From contig NIVC01001089.1 in the NCBI GenBank assembly GCA_002269645.1, forward strand, positions 409,000-472,999: DNA of 64,000 nucleotides, given 5' to 3'. The position numbers and the translations under genes are program-made. Position 1 is the stretch's first letter, and the number at the start of each line of letters is the position of its first letter. The notes beneath the pieces are model-generated. The model saw only the letters and a list, made by a program, of their open reading frames with translations. It searched no databases and was not told where the DNA came from. Shown here one piece after another: positions 13,911 through 25,810 of this stretch. Origin of the DNA: Macrostomum lignano. Lineage: Eukaryota.

Positions 13911-16184
13911 ACCTCTTAACAATTCAAACAATTTTTAAGTTTCTCAAAGTAGCATTGAGACAAACAAAAACAACTCTGAAAATTTTTAATATTTGGTAAC
14001 TTAACAGGTTCCCAAAACTATATACTGTTTTTAAATTTCTTAAAAAGTTTACTTCAAATTAATTTTTTTCAGTTTTTACGAGCTAATAAAACGAAGAATT
14101 CAATGAAATATTTGCTGTCTTACGACTTGAGCATCAAAACTTTGGTATTTTTTGCTTTCATTCTTTGTTTCTGATGGCATAAACTGGGGTCGCTACAGCT
14201 TGCTCGTAAAGCCATTACAGTAAATTTACAGACAAAATACAGTAACAGACTGCAGCAGAGAATTTTTGATCAAGTCAAGGGAATTGCAAGTTGCGAAGAT
14301 TTCCGGACCGAGACTGGCCTGATGCCTTACTCAAGTCAGCTTGCTAACTACTGCACATCAACTTGGTGGTAGAGCGTCACCTGCAATCCAGAGTCGGAAA
14401 GAAGTTCAAGCTTCCTGCAAAGTTTTGTCTTTGCGATTTCGCGCTGCTTAGCGCCGCGGCTTCCAGTAAGAATGGCTGCTGGGGGAAATCAAACACAATG
14501 CCGGCGGAAACAATGGCAAACAATGGCTGTGTAGCTTGTCTATCGATTGGGTAGAAAAGAATGAAAGCTTTACCTGTAAATATAGAATGAATTCATGATC
14601 CGATTTTGACCAAAAACTTTTTTCTAGAAAAAAAATTAACCAGAGAACTTTTTTCTAGCAGTAGCTGGTGCGTGCTAATTTCGAAGGGTTGTCAAGTCAA
14701 CTTACTCCCGATATGGAAGCGATGTATCTTAGCGGCGCTTTCGCTGTCGGTTTCCTCTGTTGAACTGGCAATAAGTGTGGAATGAATTTTATTTTGTATT
14801 CTGTTCTGTAACATCAACGATACCTCCAGATTTCCCACAAAAGTGATACACAACGGCAGTGGACGCAACTGATCAAGTGTCTAGAGGATTTCCGAAAATT
14901 GAGTACGAAATTAGGTTCAAAATATTCAAGTACACGTGAATTGATTTCCAGCTACTGGCTTCTTAAGTTCATCGGAAAATGAACTGTTGGAGTAGTCCTT
15001 GAGGGCAGCTTGGAAATTGGTTCAGCAGGTTTGGAACTTGAAAGCCTTCATGGATCTACATGGCCGCGGGTATTTTTTTGGCACGCATCTATAAGATCTA
15101 TTTTCGTATTGCTGTGAGAGTTTGTGATTAGTTTGAAAATAATCCATTTGGATTTCTTGACAACGAACTCCGAAGGTTGCATGCCAGTTTAACCCAATAC
15201 ACTGTATGTTTTCCAATGCCGAAAATGTAGCTGCAAAAACTTAATACTTACGTGCAAGGAACGAAGACCAAGAAGCCAGGAAGGAGAAAACCTCGAACAG
15301 TAACGAATCTCGGATCCTCATGTGCAGACTAATTGGGTTTAACTGTGAATATGACGAGCCTGGCAGCGCCAAAGCATCTTCACCGTCACACTCTCCAACC
15401 GCCTTAATAACTTAAAAAGACATAATAACTTTTATCATATATATTTGCGCGGCTAAACTAATTTGTACCAATGTACGCACAATCGCATTCTCGATAAATT
15501 GCCAGCTAGATAAACGTTAATATTTGATGACTGATGATAAAATTAGACCAATCTAAGGTGCCGAATTCTAGTCAAAGCATACGTCGAATGAAATACTCTT
15601 ACAGGTAGCTACTGCAACAAGACAGAGTAAAAAGTAGTACACGTGTACAGTTTATACGCAGATCTACATTCAACAATATTTGCAAACGCCGCATCAAATG
15701 AGAACCAATACGTACTACTCACATTAATATAGATGCAGCTACGCATAAGAATCTGCTCAATTTTTTTGATATGAGCTAATTTGATCGCTTCCAATTAGCT
15801 TGATACTGCTAAGTTTCTTAATAAACTACTTTTTATAGTAGTACGTATAGCGTGGACATATCGTGACATTCAATCAAATTATATTATGATTTATAGCTAG
15901 CTGTCTAAAAGTATTTAGCTCAACTAACGCAAAACTACACATGTACATAAGTAGCGAGGAATAACTCAATGGATGCGTAGACATTAATAATACATGTATA
16001 CACAGACTATAGCTACTGTAGTCGATATTCGGTAAATCATGTCAGACACAGAATCAACAATTTTGCTTCTTCTTTCTCTGTACAGTCTGGGCAGGACTGT
16101 ATCCGACTTTGCTGGCTCTATGAGAAAAGAGGCCTCACAGTACAGACATCACCTGCATCTTCGCCGCCACCCCCATCACAGCCA

Positions 16185-19036
16185 TCACATCATCTCAAAA
16201 TCGGCGGTGCCTCCACGAGTAGAATTTCCCAATTCACCAGTGGCCACTCGTCCTTGTCGAATTCCCAGCGGGTCAAGTAGCAGCCGACGCATCACATGGC
16301 TGTAGCCGCGTCTGAACTCGCGGTTGGTGACGCCATATAACAGGAAGTTAAGTGACGAATTCACGTGGGCCAGCAGAACGGCGTAGGCGTGAGCGTGAAC
16401 GGGCATGACGTCACTGATGTCCAGCAGCACCAACAGTCCGTACGGCGTCCACAGGACAACTAGAGAGGCGAACGCCAAGAATAGAGTCCGCGCCAGACGA
16501 ACCGACGAAGCTCGAGCGCCGTTCGATCCGCCGTCGTTGTTGTTTGAGTCGCCGATTCGTTTCGAATGGCTTCTCACAAACAAGAAGATCGCCGCGTAGC
16601 AGGCGGCGATGACGCAGCTCGGGATGCCGACTCCGATGGAAATCAGCAGCGTTGTGTAGACTCGATTTGCCATCCGATTAAACAGGCATTCAAGGTTCTT
16701 CCTGTCGAAAATGTGGCCGTCCATGATGATATAGTTGTGCAGCTCCATTACCCAGCTGGCCAGCCAGAGGCAGACAATCATGATGGCAGTGTTGCGCTTA
16801 GTGTAGATTTTCTTGTACCAGCGGAACTGACAGATGCAGACGTAGCGGTTTATGGCGATGCTGCACAGGCTGAGTAGCGAGCAGAAGCAGGAGACGAGAC
16901 AGAGCGAGCCGATGGCTGTGCAGAGGGCCGGACGGTCAGTGAAGTAGATCTCACCCATGAGGATGCCTGTTGGTATGAAATTAGGTATTTACCCCGTTAA
17001 ATGCATCATCAGCCTCAATTCCGCACCAAACTGACTGCTAGCAATTGATACCTTGTCGGATCAGTTAAGTAGAAACGCCGATCCTAACTAGGGTCCCTTC
17101 CTTGGCTCCCGGATGATGAAGGAGATAGTTCGAAGAATAGGATTTCAAAAGACCGGATATTAAAAGCGCGTGATCGAATTGCTTCATGGCCTAGCTCGCC
17201 CTTCCGCACCAGATCGAACCAGATCAAAGTTGACCTTTATCAAGGTGGCTATAATATACAAATTTCGAAATTTAGCATCATCATATCGACAGATTGGAGG
17301 TATTACAGAAAATCTGCAGTCAAATTAAGGTAAATTTTATCTGGGCTTGAGAAATCAGCTTAATGAGTGATAAGGCATAGCATTAACTGACCGGATATAA
17401 TAGTGTACAAGGGCAGACAGCTCTCGTCATCGCGACCCGTGGTTCGATTCAGTGGAGCGGCCACATTAATTTGGGCTTGTACAGTAAAATTGGCGAGCGT
17501 GTGCCTGAGTGCATGCCTGCACAGGAATCAACGGAACATGGTTTGTTACATGGTTATGGGACTATGTCGCCGAAGGCGTTGTGTAAGGCTATATTCTTCA
17601 CAACAGGAAGTCGGCGGTCGCGTATGCTTTGTTAGCTAGAAAAGTGATTGTGATTGTTGACTAAATGCACCAAAAGATATTGAAGATGTCAAAACTGAGT
17701 ACTTGTGAACGGACTCCTGATAGCTGAGTTTTCAGCTTGCAAGAAGGTCTGCATCTGTATCCAAGAAATCGATTAACATCTTGCAACACACTCAGTATTA
17801 AAGATGTTTGCTCAGTGAGCATGGCTGAATCGAAGACGCTGAGTTGCATGCAACACGCAAACAGCTCCTCGTTATGGTTGCATTAGTTGGGAGCAAACAA
17901 TGTCCGTGCATGCATGGTATCTACATAAAAAAGATTGGACCCTAGCCTTGCATATATGCGACTGACTGCTTGGCCAGAAAAACAATTCTATTGTGGGTTT
18001 GAATGATTTAGAATTAACAAAGGAGAATTGTTTACATAAACCTGCTCATAATCTAATGCACTCTTGAATGGCCGAAGCAGAAATTTTGTTCATCTTCATT
18101 GCCCCAGGTGTTTGGAAAGGATGTTTTCAGGCATCAATGTTTTCAATGTTTTAATTGTATTCAATGTTTTAATTGTATTCAATGTTTTCAATTGTTTTTC
18201 ATCCATTTATTACATGCGTTCCCTGTCCTGTGTCCTAAAAATACCTTCTAATCCACTTGGAAGCTATAGTGGCCACTGATCTTAGCGACCTTGAAATTTC
18301 ATCAGCACGTCAATCAAGCGTCTGCAGTGTGTGACTTTAGTTGGAGCTTCTGAACCTTCAACAATTGGCAAAAGGTGACTGACTATATAGAAAAAACTCA
18401 AGTGCCTTGAGACATAGTCATTGTCCCGATTTAGTCGGCGTCTGCATCAGGTGATAATACTAGTAGGTGACTATGGACATCCCGGTTGTGACAATGTCCA
18501 ACTTTTATGATCAAGCCTCGACATTCGGGCAAAACTCAAACTGCTAGGAATATTTAACTAGTCTGTGAAGCAGTCATGCAGTCATCTTGCCATCCGCAGA
18601 TACAACAGGTGTGCACTTACCCACAATGCCAAACGGGTTGGACATAATGGTGATGAGCAGGTCCGATACGGCCAGGTTGACAACGAATGCGTTTCCAGCA
18701 ATGCGCAAAGGCTGAAATCGTAAGAAAAGCCGATCACTCACTATTCAAGTTGACTCATAAGCATGAATCATTAACAAAAGCAATCTTAATATGCACCTTC
18801 CACATGGCGACAGAGCAGATTACCAGAATGTTTCCGCAGGTGCCAAACACTGACCCGAATACGAGCAGCACCATTGCTGGATAAACAATCTCTGTGGGAT
18901 TTGGTTGAGATAAAATTGTCCTCTTACTCATTGAAGCTACAACAGCAAGCAAGTAGGACTCACCAGGATAGCTCAATGCGGACCAAACAGCCACGGAACT
19001 TCCATTGATTCCTGGAATCAGGCTGCCAGCTTCCAT
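16185..19036 (-). CDS. Rhodopsin-family GPCR, melatonin-receptor-like, 370 aa; exons 18797-19036, 18621-18711, 16185-16966
   Basis: TM1 GNILVI, TM2 NLAVSDLL, TM3 end IAINRYVCIC (NRY, typical of melatonin receptors), TM6 LWTPY, TM7 NSSLNFLLYG. Donors GTGCAT and GTAAGT; phases 0 and 1 join in frame. Confidence 0.88.
17400..17480 (+). mobile_element. Relic of a second tRNA-derived SINE family (GPCR intron 2)
   Basis: B-box-like GGTTCGATTC followed by CACATTAATTTGGG, a motif shared with the element at 55545-55695. Confidence 0.35.
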
Positions 19037-20159
19037 GCTGATAAGAATCTCTACTGATTAAACTCTGAAGAAAAACAGCAATTATCATCAATAACGCTTG
19101 ATGAGGCTAGCTAGTTATTCAAAATTTTATCTACATGTACGGAATCGAAGGAGCCGCAATTGGACGATTCAGAATAAGTACAAGCCAATGAGATTTTGTC
19201 GTTTATTCTCATCAGATTCTGAGCTGGAGATAACCGAAGATATGCGATGCTATTAGGCCGGCAATTATGAGTACCTTTTCTCTTCTAGCGTTTCATTTTG
19301 CTGACGCGGAATCAGCCAACTATATAATTAGCAAATTAATTGGTAAATTTTCAATTATTTCATCTTTACGACAGCTGAAGAAAAGCGGTTCGCGCGATTC
19401 TGAACTCATTGATCTCAGAGCACGGACGTCCGTTGAAATATTAGATACCGTATATAAGAGGTCCAGAACTATGCAGCACCAATGACAAAGCAAAATCGAA
19501 TTTCTAAATTTCGAATTAATGTAACGATATATATCCAGTTCGACGATAAACTCATGTGCACCTCACAATATCGAAAGTCTAGCTTTGTCAAAACATTGTG
19601 AATTACATGTAAGTGCTGCATGTAAGGCTGGATGAGTATTTAATGACGTTTGAATGTCAGAAAAAAGTTACGTATCCGGAATTTTTATATCTGCTAAAAA
19701 CCACATGCAATCATCCCTAATTGCTACTAAAAAGACCTAGCTCATTGAAAAAAATTCAATATGGGTCTCTAATTGTCCAAGCTTCATCATTAAAAATCAT
19801 TGATTAATTCTGTCGTCACGACTGCTCAAAATCCCAGCCAGCTACGTGTAATTCGTGCTTCCGGGATAGCTCGTAATTACAGGATCTGAATGGTTTTCTG
19901 CCGATACCGAGGACGCGGAGTACTTTTTATCTATATAATTAGTCTGCTTGACGCACGAAGAAATTGTCTAATTGCAGTATGGCAGCTACTCAAATCAGAT
20001 TATTGGAGATGGAGATTGTTGACAAAACTTTATAAGTCCACGAGAGAGAAAAATATAATTACCGAGTATCATCTACTTTCTTGCTTTTGGACCCAATTCT
20101 GAACGACTGGTAACTGGTAAATCTGGTGTGTACAGATCGGTGTGTGCAGACACATATCA

Positions 20160-23100
20160 TATATACATGCATGTCTGTTGACGACGCCGTTTTTGACGAC
20201 GCCACCCGAAGCGTCACCTCTGCGGGGCTCGACCAACGAAATCGGCTTATCTGGCCCACGATCAACTCCCTAACTGGCCGCAAGAAGAAAATGGCGCTGA
20301 ACTTGACCGGCGATACACCAGAGGCGCGCAGAAACGAGCTGCGCGACTTTTTCGCTGATATTGTCAACGCGCCGCCACCGCCTCTGCCAGAAGCGATGCC
20401 ATTGCCGCTCGAGACGGCGCTGCCGTAGAAGTAGGATTTCAACACTCAGCCAGTGACCAGCAACGACGTAGTGCAGTTCGCTTGCCAGGCGCCGGGAGGT
20501 AGTGCCCCGGACCCGACGAGGTGCTTATCGAGGCGCTGCGAGTCACAAGGGTCGCCACTGAGGTGGCTCGTGTGATAAACGGCGTCCTCTCTTGAGGTGG
20601 AGGCCGCGCCCCGCGAGTGGGCAACTGCGCACATCGTCGCGATTCCAAAGAAGACAGACACGACACGGAAGAAGGAGAACAGGGGGATCTCGCTTATGTC
20701 CTGCGCCGCAAAGCTTTAGCCTGTGCTGGACCATTTTCTGCACCCTGAGCATGCAGAACGGATTCCGCCCACATCGAGGTACAGTGACGCAGATTCAGTA
20801 GCCCTCCGCCGCATCATCGAGGAGGCGCGGATCAATCAGTCAAGTCTCGTGGGGATCTTCGTTGATTTCCTCAAGGCTTTCGACTCGTTGGTTTGCGGCG
20901 CGCTGCTTCGCGCATACAATGTACTGGAGCAACTGATTTTCGCCATCATGGCGATGTATCAGGACACGACCGCTTCGGTGATGACGCGAGATGGACTGTC
21001 GGACCAATTTAGCACGGTTGTCAGGCGTGCTGCAGGGTGCCTTTCCTGCTTGTGCTGGCACTGGATTGGGTGCTGAGAACCAGCCTGCTCAACACGGATG
21101 ATGGCTTCCTGCTGCGAAGACGCACGAGTATGCGGCACCCGGAGAAGCGGCTCTCCGATATCGGCTACGCGGACGACCTCGCGCTGCTGTCATCGACGGC
21201 TGAAGGCGCCCAGCGGCTGCTGGATGGATCGGGAGTCCGCCTCAATCGAAGACGGTAGTCTTCACGGTGCCTTCCGACCTGCCAGCCGAGATCAATTACA
21301 CCGAGACGCTGCCGGGGATGCAGTCGCTTACCTGTTGCCTGCGGTTCCTGTATCTCGGCGGCCTCGGGCCGGACGTTGCTGACGACCCGGTGAGACGCTG
21401 AGACCTGGACCCTGACGGACGCTTTGGAGAGGCAGCTGGACGCTGCGCATGCGGCCATGCTGCATGCGGCGCTCAGAGTGCGCAGCGGTCCAGGCAGCAA
21501 GACCAGCGAGATGCTCTACGCAAGGGCGCGCCTGATGCGGCCTTCTGACCTGCTGCGCTGGCGGCGACTTCAACTGGCTGGTCACGTCATCAGGTCGGCC
21601 TCCGCTGCCCTGAGCCGCAACCCGAAGAGCTGATGCTCAAGCTGCATGGGACCGCGCAGGGTAAGGCCAAGGACGCGAAAGACGAGATATATCCTGACAG
21701 GCTTAATTTGACCGATGCTGCCCGATCAAAAAAAGTTGGCTTAATTATGTCTTAAAGATGTCTTGCATAAGACAGAAAGATGTCTTCAAGACATCTTACA
21801 ATTGACTTAATTCGGTCTAAAAATTGGCTCCTTGCAACACTTGTAGACAACTTAGAGATAACTTAAAGACGTCTTCAGACATCTTCAAGACATCTTAAAA
21901 TCTACTTAAAGACATCTTCCAGATGACTTGCAAAAGACGTCTTGCCCAAGATCATTTTAGAAATGCTGTTGCCATTGCAATCACAGTTGTTTAAAAGAAA
22001 AATGACTAAAAATATTACAGCACTCTATTGTTTCGTTTCAGGCAATATTGATATGAAAGAGAAGCTATTTAGTAGGCTTCTAAACATGGTTCAATGTAAT
22101 TTATGATTTATGATTTATATTTTCATTTTATAAAAGGCACAGTTTAAAAGTCACTGAAGCAATAAAAAGGTGAATCAAAAACAAGTTAAAATACACTAAA
22201 TAAAAATGCAAAAATACTCAAGTGCAAGTGTATAATTTTATAATGCATCATACCCAGTCATTGCATGGAAATACTTGGTTAATGCAATAATGACTAAGTT
22301 GCTCATTGCTTGGTGGAAAACTTGCTGTAAATTGATCCTTTGCTAGCCAACTACTAGTTTAGAATTGGCTCAATCCAGGAAGATTCAAGATCCAGGTTAG
22401 CTTCCACTATGATGGATAGCATGTGTTGATAAGGCTGAAAAGGATAAGTTTAATAAAGGTTATAGTTTATAGGTTGTTAGGCTGAAATAATTTGAAATTC
22501 ATAAGTAAAAAAACAATAAATATTAAATAATAGATTATTATACTAATATACTTTAAAAATCTAATAAATAAATTGCCTAGGCCCCTACTATATATTCACA
22601 CAAGTGTATCATACAATAACTTTGCCTTAGGCTTAAATACATAGGCTAAAGCTTAGGGCCTAATCTCAAAGCAAAATAAAAAGATTAGAATATCAATTTT
22701 ATATAAAACTTCTAGGCATACTAACTCTATTTATTCTCTATTAGGCCTAATCCAATTTTTGAATGTGATATAGGCCTAATATTAAATTATAAGGCTATAT
22801 CTATTTTTTATTTAAATTTTCATTGGCCTAGCCAAGAAAAAAGCACTAATGACTAGGCCTAATATTCAAAATATTGATATATTGAAAACATCATATATAT
22901 GCCATTAGCCAATAATAAAGGCAAAGAGGAAGCAACATATAAAGGCCTATAGGCCAAGGTTTTCTTTTTTGCCAGAGACAAGGTGCAAAAGTGCACTCTA
23001 TACTCATTTTTATAGTGCAATTTTAAGGCTCAAAGTGCAATTTCTTATTTTTCTTATTTTAGGGCAATGCAAATGAGGCTTCAAGTTTAACATAAAAACA

Positions 23101-24900
23101 GGTTATAAGACTGTCCCTAAATTGCAATTTTCAATTTCTGGGTGCAATTTTAAATTAAAAGTGCGTATACACACTCTACATATAAAAAATGAACCTAGCT
23201 ATTGGCTCATGGAAATTATTTATTACTTTTGACATAAAAATCAAAACAAAAACTATTTAGGCCTAAGGAAGAAGCTAGGGCCTATCTAAGGCTAAGAGGC
23301 CTACAACAGAACAAAATAGCCTAATAAGCCAATTCAACAACTATAAAACTTTGACTTTAAAAAGCCAGAAGTAAATAAAACATATATTTTTAGTTTTAGG
23401 CCTAGTACATGGGCCTCTAGTTAATGCCTGAATCTTTTAAGGCCTAACTTAAAATGTAAACATGACTATGCATTAGTTAACTAGTGCTTACTAGTGCTAG
23501 GCATAGCAATAGATATGCAGTAGGCCTAACTAAAAAAACATTGCATCCAAGGTCCAATTTAAAATTTTAATTTTTGAGTCAGGATGTTACATAGCATTTC
23601 TATTGCCTATTGCATAAAAACATTTCTGGCCAATCTGGGTTTTTTGCTGGTACCTGGCACTAGAATATGAAATACAATCCTAGAAGCTATCCAAGGAAGA
23701 ATTAGTAAAAAATACTACTAGGAAGGTCTAATTTGAGGATAGTAGATGTAGCTCGTATCATCACGAATAGTAATACACTATCGCATTAAGTAAAGATAAA
23801 TCTAGGGTAGGGCTTACACCAGAAATCTATATAGGCTATAGCAGCCAATGAAAAATTGAAACTTATCACAAAAGATAGAAGCAAGTGTTCGACAATTAGG
23901 CGGCCTTCACGGGGCCTTTTCATATTGCTTGTTCTGGTTCCAGAACCAGAACCAATTTGTGAAGTATAACTTTTTGTCTCCATAACTAGAGGGAGATACG
24001 TGCTATAAAGTTTTTATTATTGAATGACAATCGCCAAGAAGAAAGTGAAAAATCGTGCTAAGGGAGCTTGTTAAGGCAGTCAAACATTCAACAGAATTAA
24101 ATAGTTATACTGCTGTTTTTCTTGGAAGATCCGAACCGATTCTGATTCTGGAATTGGTTATATGAAAAGCCTCACGGTCACAAGGTTGTCTTTTGGTCCT
24201 TTTTAAAAAATGTTGTTCCGCCATATTGATTTTAGCTGTTTTTAACAAAAGCATCACCGATATATATTGCAACTTTGTCTTTTTTAATGCTTAGCTGTTT
24301 AGAATTTTGTAAATATATTTGCTCCAATCAAAACTGTTGTAGTTAAACTTTGTCTTAGAGTTTGTAACGACTTAATACAAAAAATTGCATATAATTGCAC
24401 TCCAAAAGCGTAAAGGATTTTTAATAATAGGCACACCTTCCACAGACTACAATACAACAAAATTTTTAGATAAATGTCACAATAGTTGCTTGTTTTATTT
24501 TTTATTGATTTTAACAATCTGGATAAATTTGTATCTGAAACTTCCTACTTACAGTAGAAACAGTTGTTTATGTAAATTTTTAGTCTTTAAGGTGATGTCT
24601 TAAAGATGTCTTCAACAAGACATCTCATAAAAGTCAATTTCAAGTCATCTTCAAGACAACTTTATCAGGATAGCTTGTGGAAGCAAATTGTTGAAGATAT
24701 CTTAAAATTGTCTTGAGGTGTCTTTAGCCATCTTAAGACAATTCTAAGACGTCTTAAGACAACTTCTTTTTGATCGGGTGGCGCCCCGGACCAAGCTGGG
24801 GGTGTGACTTTTAGAGAGCTATGGCCCAGAGACGCGCTCTCTGACTTCTCTCCCCCTTTCTGGCCTCTGTGTGGATGGCGGGTGAAGTATTTTTGTCGTT
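20160..24900 (+). mobile_element. Decayed, 5'-truncated non-LTR retrotransposon (RT, RTE-like), interrupted at 21720/24779 by a DNA transposon
   Basis: RT motifs GIFVDFLKAFDS and GYADDLALLS, C-terminal RRLQLAGHVIR, many frameshifts. The reading frame resumes after the insertion (LTDAG|APDQAGG). Confidence 0.85.
21721..24778. mobile_element. Non-autonomous CMC/EnSpm-like DNA transposon, 3,058 bp
   Basis: Imperfect TIRs CCCGATCAAAAA(A/G)AAGTTG; CCC...GGG ends; 2-bp TSD TG (21719-21720 and 24779-24780); subterminal AAGA(C/T)(A/G)TCTT repeats at both ends; AT-rich interior with no transposase ORF. Confidence 0.85.
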
Positions 24901-25810
24901 GTTGTTGTTCTGTGCATGCAGAATAATCTTGATGGCCAAAAATATTGTGACTGTATAATAGAACGAGAGGGATATGCGTCTCAGATTGAGCAGTTTGTGC
25001 AACTCGGCCCTTGTCATGAAAGAAGACTGCTGGCATGTACAACTGATCCCTATGAAATCGAAATTAATTTTAAGGACTGATAAAAATCTCTGGAAGCTGG
25101 TAACTACTTTCGCATGGGCAGCATATCTCTCTAATGCTCCAATCTCTAATCTCTAATTTCCTTGTAGCTTAAGGTTAATTTTGACCTTAAGCTACAAGAA
25201 AAATGTTTCTTAGTCCTTTCTTTCTATTTAGTAAGCTTTTATTTCCAAAAACACGACTGTTTGACGTCTAATGAAATACGTTTCTTACGGCTTTTATCAT
25301 TATATAACAACAAAAAGCACAAATAAGATACAAAAGATCTATACTTCTGATCTGTAAAGATACATATAATTTAATTTAATTTTTTTAATAATTTATAATA
25401 GCAAATAAATTTACAAAAAAATTGTTGATACAGAAACTGCAGAAGTTCGGTTTAGTTAAACACTTGTGATTTAATAACTCGACACCGGCTCTGATCTGTG
25501 TTTCTGGTAATTGAACGCTTAATTATATTTCGTATACTTTGGCTTTTACTACTAGTGAGTATTTTTGTTTTTATAATTTAGACTTCAAATTACGTCTTTA
25601 AGAGAAGTCTATGCTGCTCTAGAATTAAATATTAACGATTTATACGACTAAGGCAGTAATGGGAACGCTAGCTACTGTAGAGTGTAGAAGAGGGTAGACG
25701 GTTGTTCTTGGTGGAATGATAATGGTTGAAAATTGTTACTAGCTAAAAAAGCACACATTAATATATAATCTTTCAAAATAGAATGCCCAAATCGAATATT
25801 TTTCAGCACA

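Noticed and set aside
14300-15420. Possible exons between the lectin and the GPCR
   Set aside because: Short open frames with no consistent splice chain or recognisable domain.
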